Shown here: positions 1 through 11,342 of the stretch, piece by piece
Numbering within the stretch: the stretch's first letter is position 1
How the letters are laid out: each line of letters starts with the position of its first letter
Assembly: GCA_024346625.1 (NCBI GenBank)
Contig: AP024665.1
Span: forward strand, 1,674,001-1,738,000
Length of the DNA stretch: 64,000 nucleotides
Source: Williopsis jadinii
Lineage: Eukaryota
Reading direction: 5' to 3'
Translations under genes and position numbers: made by a program
Notes under the pieces: generated by a model
Database searches by the model: none
Seen by the model: only the letters and a program-made list of their open reading frames with translations
What the model was told of the DNA's origin: nothing

Positions 1-1090
1 CTCCAAGCACAAGGTTCTCTTTGCAACAAACCCAGCACGTCGTGAGGTGCCAACCATTGCGGAGTTTAAGCGGTTTGAAGAGTTATTCGAAGTTGTTGTG
101 TACCCGCTGGTCAGCATCGAACAGTTCCAACATGCGTTGCTTACTGACCTGAACGACATCTCAGCAATTTGGATAACAAAGCCACTGGTGCACCATGCTA
201 CTCGTCTGAATAACTATATAGACTATCTGCCACCAACGGTGAAAGTGATTGCTCTAAGCGGTGTTGGCTATGATATGTACGACGTCCCCAAGTTGAAGTC
301 AAAAGGTATCAAAGTGTGTAACATTGGTGATGCGCCTGCTAATGACGTTGCAGATATGGCGCTATCGCTAACGTTGTCCACCTTTAGATTCACTGCGTAC
401 TTTGACAAGCTGTTGAGAGAATGTGACGGTGATAGTTCTAAAACGAAGAGGTTTCTTGGAAGTGAGGCTGTTGATGCCAACGGTAGGCCCTTGGAGGCAC
501 CTGATGAGAGGTTTAACTGGACTAAGTTTGCCACAATTGGTGGTAAATCACTTGAGAGTCCTAATGGAAAGACTGCTGTCATCATTGGACTAGGCTCAAT
601 TGGCAAACAAATTGCCATTAGGCTCTGGGCCCTGGGTATGAAGATTGTATACACCAAGCGAACACCTTTGGAAGAAGGATCGCTGCCGTTCGACACTGTG
701 TACTATCCAACTATTGAGGAAGCACTTCCAGTTGCAGATCTGATAGTACTTGCTGTGCCGCATACTGAGCATACTGTGAACATAATCAACAGAGATTCGA
801 TTAAACTGGTAAAGCGTGGTGTTAGAATCGTCAACATTGGAAGAGGAAGTGCCATTGATGAGGATGTCTTGTTCGAAGCGTTGGACAACGGTACAGTCAA
901 CTCTGTGGGACTTGACGTGTTCCAGCACGAGCCACACATAGACAAGAGGTATCTCAATAGGCACGATGTTACGATCTCACCACATCTTGGGCCATTCACA
1001 AAAGACAACCATACATACATTGCAAAGAGGCAAATGGAGAATATCATTAACGTGCTGATAGAGAATGGTGATGGTATTAATCCTGTCTAA
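1..1090 (+). CDS. D-isomer-specific 2-hydroxyacid dehydrogenase (glyoxylate reductase-like), 5'-truncated by the window edge
   Basis: The frame is open from base 2 (SKHKVLFATN...) to TAA at 1090. It has the NAD-binding GLGSIG and the catalytic VNIGRG, GLDVFQHEP and SPHLG motifs. Confidence 0.9.
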   Translation, partial: SKHKVLFATNPARREVPTIAEFKRFEELFEVVVYPLVSIEQFQHALLTDLNDISAIWITKPLVHHATRLNNYIDYLPPTVKVIALSGVGYDMYDVPKLKSKGIKVCNIGDAPANDVADMALSLTLSTFRFTAYFDKLLRECDGDSSKTKRFLGSEAVDANGRPLEAPDERFNWTKFATIGGKSLESPNGKTAVIIGLGSIGKQIAIRLWALGMKIVYTKRTPLEEGSLPFDTVYYPTIEEALPVADLIVLAVPHTEHTVNIINRDSIKLVKRGVRIVNIGRGSAIDEDVLFEALDNGTVNSVGLDVFQHEPHIDKRYLNRHDVTISPHLGPFTKDNHTYIAKRQMENIINVLIENGDGINPV

Positions 1091-1675
1091 CACGCCAGTA
1101 CCATTCTCCATAACCGTACACCGTTGATCTGTCGGATGTGGCTTCTTTGTTGAATATTCACAGTGTTCTCGTTTCCCAGCACAATGATACTCGTGGTTGT
1201 CTGCTCCATGAAGAGAACACCATCTGAATGGTTCTGCTCTTTCGTTTCTATACACGTTCACTATATACATCACTATACACATCCATCATACACATTCACT
1301 GACAGTTGTCCAGGATCTGTACACTCTCCTCGCCATTCTCATACTCACCTTAGAGTGCCATAACATCCTTCATCCTCATCTTCGAGCAGCGGAGGCTCTC
1401 ATTTGAAACCTCATCTCCCATACGTAGATCTAATGGCCTTATAAGCCCAAAGAGAGTACAAGAACTGCAGTTTTTCCATTACAATAACAACACCATATCA
1501 GTGCCTAGTTCCATAATCATCATCATAGGTCTTCTTGTGTAAAAGATGGTTCTGCTGGTGAGAAAATGGAATAAGAACCTTCAAAATTGGTATAAAACAG
1601 TGCTTACGATGTGTTGTTCCTGATGAATATTGCTTACATAATCAGACCTTGCCACATATCGGGGAAACACGAAAG

Positions 1676-1700
1676 AAACGCGAAAATGCGACGCGTAAAT
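1676..1700. promoter_or_regulatory. MCB-like (ACGCG) elements upstream of SMC1
   Basis: AAACGCGAAAATGCGACGCGTAAA lies ~120 bp upstream of the SMC1 ATG. Cohesin genes are typical G1/S MBF targets. Confidence 0.6.
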
Positions 1701-1812
1701 CAAAAAAAGTCAAAAAATGGAATAAGTTCTTTCTGTTTACATATCAACAAACACAACAAAACCACGGCGGTTGACGAAGCAAACAAGGCGGTTAACTTTT
1801 AAACGGTAGGAA

Positions 1813-4800
1813 ATGGGTCGTTTGATTGGATTGGAGCTCCACAACTTCAAATCGTACCGTGGGACGGTGAGCGTTGGGTTTGGTTCAGCGAATTTCACAT
1901 CGATCATTGGTCCAAACGGGTCTGGTAAGTCGAACATGATGGACGCCATATCCTTCGTGCTGGGTGTGAGAGCAAGCCACTTGAGATCTAACCAGCTGAA
2001 GGACTTGATCTATAGAGGTCGGATCGTTGATGCGGATGATGCGGATGGGTCTGATAACGACGATGACAGCAGTGGTGATGGTGCTACTGGTAGAACCGCG
2101 TATGTTATGGCGGTGTATGAGAAATCCAATGGAGACGTTTTGGAGTTGAAGAGATCAATCAGCTCTAACGGTGCTAGTGACTACAGGGTGAACAACAAAT
2201 TGATCTCTGCTGCTGAGTATTCGAATCTGCTCAAGAAGGAGAATATCTTGACCAAGGCGAGAAACTTCTTGGTGTTTCAGGGTGACGTTGAGCAGATCGC
2301 TTCGCAGTCGCCATCAGACTTGAGTAAGCTGTTGGAGGTTGTTAGTGGCTCTATTGACTTCAAAAGGGAATACGAAGAGTTGAAAGAAGAGCACGACCAG
2401 GCTAAACAACAAACGGCGTTGTTATTGTCGAAGAGAAGAACGTTGTTGAGCGAGCTCAAACAGTACCAAGAACAGACTGATGAGGCCGAGTTGTATAAAG
2501 AGAAACTCTTGGAGAAAAATAAGCTGATTCTCAACTCCACGCTGTCAAGATTGTACCACATGGATCAGGAAAAGGAGAAGGTGGAAGGGTCTATCAAAAG
2601 CTCTAAGAAAAAACTTCAGTCTTTGAAACAAGATGTTACAAAGCAGGAGACCCAGCTAAAATCAATCCAATCCCAATACGTCAAGGGATCGCTAAAGCTA
2701 AATAAGGTCCAAAAATTGATTGTTGATAAGAAGAACGAGGTCAACGTTACCAAGAGAAGCTTGCTTCCAATGACCACGGATATTGAACATTCTAATAAGA
2801 AGCTCAATCAACTGAAGAAAAATAAACAACAACTCAAGTTGGATATTGAATCCCAAGAGTTGAAAGTTCAAACTTTGGAAAGGAATATCAAGACTGTTAA
2901 GTCTGTCCAAAAGTCTGCAACGAAAGAGTTGATCAAGGACACTGCATCCATCAGCGTTGAAGATCAGGAGGAATACCAACTATTGAAACAGAAGTTCTTG
3001 AGTCAAATGGGTGGTGCTTCAGAAGATGAAAAGTTGTCCCTCTTGGTCAATGAGAAGAGAGAAATCGAAGCAATTGTTGCAAATTTGGAGAAGCAGAAAT
3101 CTGTTTCATCTGAAAAGATTGAAGAGTTGACATTAAAGCAGAACGATTACAAGACACAGTTGACTAACGTCTCTCGTGACTTGAACGAATTAAATGAAAA
3201 AGTTGCAAAGCAAAAGGCGTTTATCAAAGAGATTAACCTCAAATCTGAGGATTTTTTCAATAATGAATACAAATTGCAAACTAAGTTACGTGAAACTCTT
3301 GTCTCACTCGACGAGCTTAACGCTAACCAGAGAGAAACTAATCGTGAACGTCAGCTACGTCAAAACGTTGCAACTTTGAAACGTCTCTTCCCAGGTGTTA
3401 GGGGCTTGTTGGTAGATCTTGTACAACCAACAAATAGACAGTATTCTGTGGCTCTCAATACTATATTGGGTAAACATCTTGATGCTATCATTGTGGAAAG
3501 TTCCTCTGTCGCACACCAGTGTATCAACTACTTAAAAGAACAGCGCTCCGGTGTTGCCTCCTTCATACCTTTGGATATCATTGAATGCAAGCAGGTTGAT
3601 CCAAGACTACGTCATTTGGACCAAGGCGCTCGTCCTACAATCGACATTGTGGAATACGAACCATACTTGGAACGTGCGGTATTGTTTGCCTGTGGTGATT
3701 CAATGGTTTGCGATGATATTGAAATTGCCAAATCCATCAGATGGACCAAGGGTGTTGACGTTAAGGTGGTTTGTTTGAATGGTACTTTGATCTCTAAGTC
3801 CAACGCAATGACTGCAGGTTATTCTAGGAATCAGGATAGACGTTGGAATAAAGGTGAAGTACAAGAACTGAATGAATTGAAAGACAGATTGGCGCATGAA
3901 TTAGAAATCTTGAACCAGTCTAGACCTGATCCTATCTTCACTAAGAACCAAGAAACTGAATTGGAAACTTTACAATACGAAGTTGGCCAAGTAAGAAGAA
4001 AACGTGTGGAGTTGGAGCGATCTCTAAACGATGTCAATGCTGAAATCAATTACTACGATAACAACGACGAGTCGCAAAAGAAAAAAGAGCTATTAAAATC
4101 TTTGGACCAGTTGGACAAGTCTATCAAGGCACAAGAGAAGAAATTGGAGACGCTTCAGGAAGGTATCTTCTCTGACTTCTGTACCAGATTGGGCTTCAAG
4201 AATATCAAGGAATATGAAGAATCCACCGGTACTAAACTTCGTGAGCATAATCGTGAACTGCGTCAATATGAGACGGAGCTGTTAAAATTGCAAAGTAAAC
4301 TGGACTTTGAGAAGGAGAGATTGCTAGAAACTCAGACGAGATTGGCCAGGGTTAGTAAAGAGGCTGACAAGTTTGAAGCTACTTTGAAGGATTTGCTAAA
4401 GCAGAAAGAGGTGGTTGAAGACTCTATTGACCAAATGGAGAGTGAATTGGAGGTTTCCAAGGATGAGCTGGAGCAGTTTGAAAAGGTCAATGAATCCAAG
4501 TTGTTGGAAATCAGAAATGTTGAGGATACATTGAATGAACTCTTGACGGATCAGGAATCTCTTAAGAAAGAGATAGAAATCAATCAAGAGAAGATAGAGG
4601 AACTTGAAAGTGAGAGGTTGACCATACTCACCAATTGTAACATAGACAACATTAAACTACCTGGTATTGAGTTCCCAATTGATACAACTGGAAAAGTTGT
4701 AATTGACTATACAGATCTCAGTGGCAAGCTAAAGGGGGATGTAAACTTTGATGAAATGACAAAGGAAATTGAGGAATTGACTAAGCAGTTGGAAGAACTG

Positions 4801-5436
4801 TCGCCTAATGTGAAAGCATCTGACAGATTGAGCGAAGTTGAAGAAAAGATGAGTAAATTAGCTGAAGAATGGAATTTGCAGCGTGCTAATGAGACAAATA
4901 TTCTCAAGAAATTCCTGTCTGTGAAGAGTAAGCGTTATAAGTTGTTTATGGACTCATTCCAACATATTTCATCAAAGATTGATCCAATTTACAAAGAGCT
5001 CACTAAGGCTAACCTTTCAACACAACTTGGTGGTGGGTCTGCATACTTAACTCTGGAAGAAGAAGACGAGCCATACCTTGCAGGAATACGGTACCACGCC
5101 ATGCCACCTATGAAACGCTTCAAAGACATGGAATTCTTATCTGGAGGTGAAAAGACCATCGCAGCACTTGCATTGTTATTTGCCATCCATTCTTTCCATC
5201 CGTCTCCATTTTTCGTCCTTGATGAAGTGGATGCAGCCTTGGACAATTCAAACGTCAACAAAATTGCCAACTACATCACCACGCACGCTTCTGCTGATTT
5301 CCAATTCATCGTGATCAGCTTGAAGAACACCTTGTTCGAGCGTTCTGATGCGCTTGTTGGTATCTACAGAGATCAGGATGAGAACAGTTCAAGAACGTTA
5401 ACTCTAGACCTGAGAGTATACCCTGAAGTTGCTTAA
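1813..5436 (+). CDS. SMC1: Cohesin subunit Smc1
   Basis: 1207 aa with Walker A GPNGSGKSN, coiled coils, a hinge, the LSGGEKT signature and LDEVDAALD. YHAMPPMKRF is typical of Smc1. Confidence 0.97.
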   Translation: MGRLIGLELHNFKSYRGTVSVGFGSANFTSIIGPNGSGKSNMMDAISFVLGVRASHLRSNQLKDLIYRGRIVDADDADGSDNDDDSSGDGATGRTAYVMAVYEKSNGDVLELKRSISSNGASDYRVNNKLISAAEYSNLLKKENILTKARNFLVFQGDVEQIASQSPSDLSKLLEVVSGSIDFKREYEELKEEHDQAKQQTALLLSKRRTLLSELKQYQEQTDEAELYKEKLLEKNKLILNSTLSRLYHMDQEKEKVEGSIKSSKKKLQSLKQDVTKQETQLKSIQSQYVKGSLKLNKVQKLIVDKKNEVNVTKRSLLPMTTDIEHSNKKLNQLKKNKQQLKLDIESQELKVQTLERNIKTVKSVQKSATKELIKDTASISVEDQEEYQLLKQKFLSQMGGASEDEKLSLLVNEKREIEAIVANLEKQKSVSSEKIEELTLKQNDYKTQLTNVSRDLNELNEKVAKQKAFIKEINLKSEDFFNNEYKLQTKLRETLVSLDELNANQRETNRERQLRQNVATLKRLFPGVRGLLVDLVQPTNRQYSVALNTILGKHLDAIIVESSSVAHQCINYLKEQRSGVASFIPLDIIECKQVDPRLRHLDQGARPTIDIVEYEPYLERAVLFACGDSMVCDDIEIAKSIRWTKGVDVKVVCLNGTLISKSNAMTAGYSRNQDRRWNKGEVQELNELKDRLAHELEILNQSRPDPIFTKNQETELETLQYEVGQVRRKRVELERSLNDVNAEINYYDNNDESQKKKELLKSLDQLDKSIKAQEKKLETLQEGIFSDFCTRLGFKNIKEYEESTGTKLREHNRELRQYETELLKLQSKLDFEKERLLETQTRLARVSKEADKFEATLKDLLKQKEVVEDSIDQMESELEVSKDELEQFEKVNESKLLEIRNVEDTLNELLTDQESLKKEIEINQEKIEELESERLTILTNCNIDNIKLPGIEFPIDTTGKVVIDYTDLSGKLKGDVNFDEMTKEIEELTKQLEELSPNVKASDRLSEVEEKMSKLAEEWNLQRANETNILKKFLSVKSKRYKLFMDSFQHISSKIDPIYKELTKANLSTQLGGGSAYLTLEEEDEPYLAGIRYHAMPPMKRFKDMEFLSGGEKTIAALALLFAIHSFHPSPFFVLDEVDAALDNSNVNKIANYITTHASADFQFIVISLKNTLFERSDALVGIYRDQDENSSRTLTLDLRVYPEVA

Positions 5437-5523
5437 GATTTATCTCTTCTCCTAGGTTGCTACTTTATTTTACACGTCCATAAAGAGTCTCTTCTTCCAA
5501 TTGCACTTGTTATAATTTGCTAT

Positions 5524-6594
5524 TCACGAACTGTACATTTGCTGATACTTGACTAAATCTTGCATTGAAGTTGCACTTCCACCACAGACTACCACTACGA
5601 CAATGTCATCCTCACTGAGACGTAATGACTTGTGGATGATATCCTCATACACTGAGCACAGTGCAACACCACAAGCAGGCTCGACGATGATGTTGTAGTC
5701 CACACAAAATCTCAGACACGCATTGGCAGCCTGCACATCTGAAACCAGGTGGTTAAAGGTTTCATGGTTATGGTAGTTGTCCAATGACTGCTGGGTGATG
5801 TATGGGCAGGCCAAACTTGTTGCAATGCTGTTGAAGCTCGACAGAGTCACTGGTTCACCTCTGTCAATTGCAGCTTGGAACGTTGGAACAGAGTCTGTTT
5901 CCAGGGTTATTATTGGAACATGTGTCAATCCATGCCTCTGCAGACCTTGAACCAAACCGTTGTATAGACCACCACCACCGACAGAGCACACCACACCCTT
6001 GAGACGGTTTAGAGAGCCTTCAGACCTCAACTGGGCCACAATCTCATCAACCATTGAGGAATGGCCTTCCCAAATCTCAGGAATGTTATACGGATGGCAG
6101 TAAACCACCGTATAATCCTCCTCCAACGAAGGAATCAGCACTGCCTGTAAGTACTCGTCTGCTTCTCCGATGGTGTTACCTGCGGTGATCAATTGAGCAC
6201 CGTTACCAGAGATCTTGGACTTCATGGACTCGGTGGTACATGTTGGCACAACGACAGTGGCATCAACGTTATAGAAACTTGCTGCCAATGCCACTGCGTT
6301 CCCAGCGTTTCCACCACTAGCAGCAACCACACGGACTGGTTTTTGAGCCAGCTGTGCCGGGCTTAGTGACTGAAGCCTTTTGGCAACCAAATGCGACAAC
6401 CCACGCAGTTTATAAGAGCCAGAAGGTTGTGTAAACTCCTGTTTGAGTCTGATATGACACTTTGCCTGCTGAGACAGGCGTGGCGAGTAAACCAGCGGAG
6501 TCTTTACATACGGTTTCAGACTTTGCAGCAGAGATTGAGTCAATGGTTGCTTGAAGTTCTTTATGATGGTGTTTGCAGTGGTTGAAGCAGGCAT
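5524..6594 (-). CDS. CHA1: Catabolic L-serine/L-threonine dehydratase (PLP-dependent)
   Basis: QPSGSYKLRG (PLP lysine), SGGNAG, SVGGGGL and VEPACG motifs. Confidence 0.85.
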   Translation of the reverse strand: MPASTTANTIIKNFKQPLTQSLLQSLKPYVKTPLVYSPRLSQQAKCHIRLKQEFTQPSGSYKLRGLSHLVAKRLQSLSPAQLAQKPVRVVAASGGNAGNAVALAASFYNVDATVVVPTCTTESMKSKISGNGAQLITAGNTIGEADEYLQAVLIPSLEEDYTVVYCHPYNIPEIWEGHSSMVDEIVAQLRSEGSLNRLKGVVCSVGGGGLYNGLVQGLQRHGLTHVPIITLETDSVPTFQAAIDRGEPVTLSSFNSIATSLACPYITQQSLDNYHNHETFNHLVSDVQAANACLRFCVDYNIIVEPACGVALCSVYEDIIHKSLRLSEDDIVVVVVCGGSATSMQDLVKYQQMYSS

Positions 6595-7119
6595 TGATTG
6601 AGCACTCTCAGCACAAAATCTGGGGTAACGATGAGAGGAAAACCAGCAGAAGAAGAAGAAAGAAGCATCTCCAAATGATGGAGGAGACTAGGTGGTTTAT
6701 ATATGTACGGGCATTTCCTCTCTGCCCCTCCACCGTGTGTCCATTGGCTTGCAAACGAACATCACCTTTCTTTTCCATCGTGAAATGCCCCCAGTTGCCG
6801 TCTCTGGCCGCAAGGGCTTTTTTACCGTTGTGTGCTCCTTCCTCGTGTGGCTCTGCCCCTGTGAATCTCTTCCCACTGCCTAAGGAGATGTTTGACTCAG
6901 AGCCTCGGTCCGGAGTCTGTCGGAGCTTTTGCCCAGGGAGGAGTCAAGAACGGCCAACGGAGTCAGCGAGGGGCACCAGCTCTGTGAAGGCTCAGCCAAT
7001 AGCAAACGGCCGTAGTGCCCTATGCTCGTTATCTGCTGTTACCTGTGCTTCTCTACAGTGTACGGAACAAGCTCAGTCTTCAGAGGCATTTATATAGCGA
7101 TGTGGTTCATTACTGGGGG

Positions 7120-8505
7120 TCAATGGCCGTAGTCGAGAGCGTCTTCCTCGACAATGCCTCTGGCCTCTTCTCTTAAGTCCATCCATGTAACGTTGCTGAA
7201 CTTTGGGTCGTTGCGTGTAAGCCTGTAGAAAGCATCCAATGATTCCTCAATGACCAGTAGACAAATGGCATCATAGCCTCCGGCTCCTGGAACAACAGCA
7301 GCCAGGACACCGGGGATCTGCAAACAACTGTCGAGGAGTGCGGTCTGTTGCTGAGGCTCAATCTCTGCGCCGGATTCCCTCGTGATGTATCTCATGTTGT
7401 GTCTGATTGTGCTATTGGAGCCAATAAGTCTGTGCAGCACTGAGAACGATGGCTTGCTAAGACCAGCAATCTCGTGTGAGTTCAGACTAGATAGCTCATG
7501 GAGCAAAGCCTTATAGGACTCTGGATGCTCTCTGAACATTGTGTTCAGCGAGGAAAGACAGTCCACCAGCGTCATATTGGCCCTATCTATGCCTTCGTAA
7601 ACACTGGCACTCTTTGGATCGGTTTCTCTCCACTTGAGGACTTTACTCACCAATTTAGGAGTGTTGGAACCTCCTCTGATATCTCCCATAAGAAGCTTAA
7701 CCCCGTGTGGTAATGCCACTGGAACCATGTGGATATCCCAGTCTCGAGACTCCACCAGTGACTTGAGAGAGTTGTGATACTCTTCAAACGTTGAGCACTC
7801 CGCAAGCGGTTTTAACTCAGAAATCAGCTTTGGATCAAACCTCCTGTAAGTGATGGAACCAAACGTGGCAGCAGCGACGTCAAAGCCTGATCCTATTTTC
7901 CCCTGAGCTTGACAGTGAGCCACCTGTGCTAGGTTATGAATCAATTGAAGTGTCTTCGGATCTTCCAAGTCCATAGTCGGTTCATAGTATGACAACAGCG
8001 CCGTCGTCAACACAGTGACAAGGCCAGCTGATGATCCCAATCCGGTTTTCGCAATCTTGGTGATTTCATCAGAATGGTAGTGGAATACTTTCGCACCGTG
8101 AGTTTTCTTCACGGTGTTCTCCACAGTATGGTACGAGGAGTCAGAGTAGATTGTGATCTCAATCTCTGACTTGCTCTTCCTCTGTTGATTTGGTGACGAG
8201 GCTACGTACGCCAAAACCGTCTGCACCGACAATTGCGCAAACGGATTAACTCTTCCGTTAGCTTCAACAATATCGAGTCCGCCATTATCATCGTTAATGG
8301 AATAACGCCATTCACCCTGTGCGAACTGTGGGCTCTTGATGGTTATCACAGTATGCTCAAGCCCATCAACTTCAGCGCCGGAGATCACAGCGTGCATTCG
8401 TGCACTGAGCGCTACAACGTACGATTTGAACTGTTTATCCAGCACAAGATAACCTCCCGCTAAGAGGGCCTTCCCCGGTGCGCTAAATGACCGAGCCATG
8501 ATCAA
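7120..8505 (-). CDS. ERG8: Phosphomevalonate kinase
   Basis: FSAPGKALLAGGYLVL, KTGLGSSAG, AHCQAQGKIGSGFDVA and VPGAGGYDA motifs. The start may be the second Met (8499). Confidence 0.95.
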   Translation of the reverse strand: MIMARSFSAPGKALLAGGYLVLDKQFKSYVVALSARMHAVISGAEVDGLEHTVITIKSPQFAQGEWRYSINDDNGGLDIVEANGRVNPFAQLSVQTVLAYVASSPNQQRKSKSEIEITIYSDSSYHTVENTVKKTHGAKVFHYHSDEITKIAKTGLGSSAGLVTVLTTALLSYYEPTMDLEDPKTLQLIHNLAQVAHCQAQGKIGSGFDVAAATFGSITYRRFDPKLISELKPLAECSTFEEYHNSLKSLVESRDWDIHMVPVALPHGVKLLMGDIRGGSNTPKLVSKVLKWRETDPKSASVYEGIDRANMTLVDCLSSLNTMFREHPESYKALLHELSSLNSHEIAGLSKPSFSVLHRLIGSNSTIRHNMRYITRESGAEIEPQQQTALLDSCLQIPGVLAAVVPGAGGYDAICLLVIEESLDAFYRLTRNDPKFSNVTWMDLREEARGIVEEDALDYGH

Positions 8506-9055
8506 CTTTGGTGTTTTGCTTGTTTATGTGTGTGTGTTTCTGTCGTTTAGCTTTATGTTGATGCAACGTCTTCTGTGATGTTGTTTTTTGTCCGTTGTTT
8601 TTCCGCGCGATGTTTGTCCTTTGGTCTTCCTCGAACGACATGCAGACACGGAATAAACTTTAGGAATGTTAATTGGATACATTAAGGATCTTTAAGTTGA
8701 AGGATTAGACATTAAGGTTCAATCCATGTATATCCAACTTCTCTGTTTATTGTAACTTTTAGGCTCTTGTTTAGCATTTGTATTTGCGGGTTCCAATGAT
8801 GATCACTGGACGAGACATTACCACGGTGCATATGAACACACTCACCACGCAACGTCTGGCTTTACGCCAGTTTCCGTGCCAAGGTGGAAGGGTGAACGCA
8901 TATTAGTGTCATGTACATGATCACAATGATGGTCACTTGTCGTTGTCCCATTATACTGTGATCACCAAGATCATGATTTTATAAAGGTTTAATTGCAGCG
9001 GCTAGGGTCCCCTCCCCACCAAGCATCCCACCAAGCGCGCCTCGAAAAAAAATAA

Positions 9056-9137
9056 TGGATCCTATGAGATTCGAACTCATGCATCTTACGATACTCGATC
9101 TTGAGTCGAGCGCCTTAAACCGCTCGGCCAAAGATCC
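9056..9137 (-). tRNA. tRNA-Leu(CAA), intronless
   Basis: The minus strand reads GGATCTTTGGCCGAGCGGTTTAAGGCG-CTCGA-CTCAAGA-TCGAG-long variable arm-GAGTTCGAATCTC-ATAGGATCCA. An oligo-T Pol III terminator follows (A-run 9045-9052). Confidence 0.95.
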
Positions 9138-9630
9138 ATTTGATGAAATTTAGAGCTCCACGGGTTTCCATGTCGTCTCATTATGGAGTCAAGAGTTATA
9201 ATTATAGCGGAATAAATGGTGAAAGACTCGTGTTTAATTGTAATAAAATTCATAATACAGTAATACCAGTGTTTCTGATGATATAACTGGAATTAAACTT
9301 TCATTAATCACTGAAATTGTGCTTACTCATTGCCAACTTTTTAATATTAGCCTTAGAATAAAAGTTGCGTAGTAAAAATTCATTCCAATATTTAGAAAAT
9401 AGCTATATTAATTAACAAACTTATTATACCAATTGTCATATTAAATATGGACAGTAAAGTGTAGTAAAATGCCCATATAAACTAAACCATTGTTGTTTAT
9501 ACTTCCCTACTGGGAAAAAAGCGTTCATTATGACTCCAGAGAACCTCAACATGAACTCGAGAAAATTTGAACTTTTACACATCTCCCCCTACTACTACTC
9601 CGACGTATCACCCTGGAGGCTCTAGAAGCG

Positions 9631-10401
9631 ATGTCTGAGGAACAACCAAAGTGCCCTGTTGATCATTCAACCAGATCAAAATGGGTAGAGCTCGGTAAAG
9701 AGGCACCACACCCTATTCCTTCCGATGGCTCTAGTAATGCGGATAAATGTCCCGTTGATCATACTGCAAGGTCCAAATGGGCAGAGTTGAGCAAGAGTAA
9801 AGCCATAGTTGACGGTAAAAGTATCCCTACAGATGTCGAGCATCAACAGGAGCAGCACTCGTCTGACCTCTTACCTGAGACTCCAGTTTATGAGACAGAC
9901 GTTCCGTTGCCGGAAGAGCGTGAGGTCTCATCGATTCCAAGAACCGGTGCACAGGGTAATTGGATATACCCATCGCAAAAGCAGTTTTTCGAAGCCATGA
10001 AGCGTAAGCAATGGGAACCTGAAGCCGAAGTGATGAAGGCCGTGGTTCCTATACATAATGCTGTTAATGAGAGAGCATGGGTTCAAATTCTGGATTGGGA
10101 AAACGGTCGTGGTGGTGAATCATGCGGAGGCATCCAACTCACCAGTTTCAAAGGCGATTCCAAGAAGATCACGCCGAAGGCGTGGTTCAAGTGGCTCATC
10201 CTCGGATATCAGAAGCCCTTTGACAGACACGACTGGACCATTGATCGTTGTGGTAAGGAGATTGATTACGTTATAGACTTCTACAGTGGCAGACCGAACC
10301 CGAAGGCTCCAGGCATGGCCAGTTTCTACCTCGATGTTCGACCAAAATTGAACAGCCTTGAAGGTGTGAAGCTAAGGGTGTTGAAGTTCTTTGGCCTTTG
10401 A
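9631..10401 (+). CDS. CYT2: Cytochrome c1 heme lyase
   Basis: Two CPV heme-regulatory motifs, plus WIYPSQKQF, HNAVNERAW, CGGIQLTSFKGDSKK, PFDRHDW and YVIDFY. Confidence 0.9.
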   Translation: MSEEQPKCPVDHSTRSKWVELGKEAPHPIPSDGSSNADKCPVDHTARSKWAELSKSKAIVDGKSIPTDVEHQQEQHSSDLLPETPVYETDVPLPEEREVSSIPRTGAQGNWIYPSQKQFFEAMKRKQWEPEAEVMKAVVPIHNAVNERAWVQILDWENGRGGESCGGIQLTSFKGDSKKITPKAWFKWLILGYQKPFDRHDWTIDRCGKEIDYVIDFYSGRPNPKAPGMASFYLDVRPKLNSLEGVKLRVLKFFGL

Positions 10402-10521
10402 ATACGGGACAAGGTCGCTGTCTTGTACATATATATCACAAATTCTTTCACTCAATATAACGTCAAAATTGCTGTACGTACACACCACAGGACATGTACA
10501 TATATATACAAGAAATATGAA

Positions 10522-10797
10522 TCACGGTCTTCCAAAGCTACCGTTCTGACCCAGCTTCTGCATGTGCTCGCCCACCTGGACGTTGACTGCGAAGTATTTG
10601 GCAACACATCTATCGATACACAGCGATTCGTTCTTAGAGATGTCGCCTTCAGAGTAGCTTCTGTTGATGCACTTCTGGTGGCAGTTATCGACAAGTCTGT
10701 TGAACATGTCGGTGACCATATCGAGCTCGTTCTCTGCAGCTGCGATCTTCTGCTCAGACGAGATTTGTGGAGCACCACCGAAACCGAGGAAGGACAT
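10522..10797 (-). CDS. TIM10: Mitochondrial IMS chaperone Tim10
   Basis: MSFLGFGG start, twin CX3C motif and DRCVAKYF. Confidence 0.93.
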   Translation of the reverse strand: MSFLGFGGAPQISSEQKIAAAENELDMVTDMFNRLVDNCHQKCINRSYSEGDISKNESLCIDRCVAKYFAVNVQVGEHMQKLGQNGSFGRP

Positions 10798-11342
10798 CTT
10801 TGTTTATGACTGGGTATACGTCTCTAGTTTCTGCCTATGGAAGACCGTTCAATGTTGGATAAAACCGTTGAAATTTTTCACTTTTCGGCAAGCTTTCGAG
10901 AAGAGGCTCAAAAAAGCAATGTAAAAAAGGGAATTGTATGGTGTTTCGATGGTGGGGGGAGCCAGGCAGAATCCACGGAACCAGAGGGCCAATTGGCGTG
11001 GAAGGAGGCCTGGAGCATGGAGGAGGCACTGCCAGTGGGTGCTTTGGCTCGTAGGAATCGGCGTTGTGAGCGCAGTGGGAGGTGGGAAGCGACGGCTTCA
11101 GAGGGGTAAACACCCGGACACCTAAACACCCGGACAACACCCCCACACCTCCACACACCCGCACACACACCCGCACACCACATCAACATCACGTTGCCAG
11201 CGCGCCGCAGCCGCCCACCGCAAGCTTCCCGCCCATTTCATCCCCTTTCCCACGTTCCACAACATCAACATCAACAACAACAACAACAACAACCAAACAA
11301 GCGACGGCGGCACAAAGTTCACGTCCTAAGCACCAAGACACC

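Noticed and set aside
8796..8990. Box C/D snoRNA starting at ATGATGA (8796)
   Set aside because: There is no downstream CTGA D box at a suitable distance and no recognisable rRNA guide.
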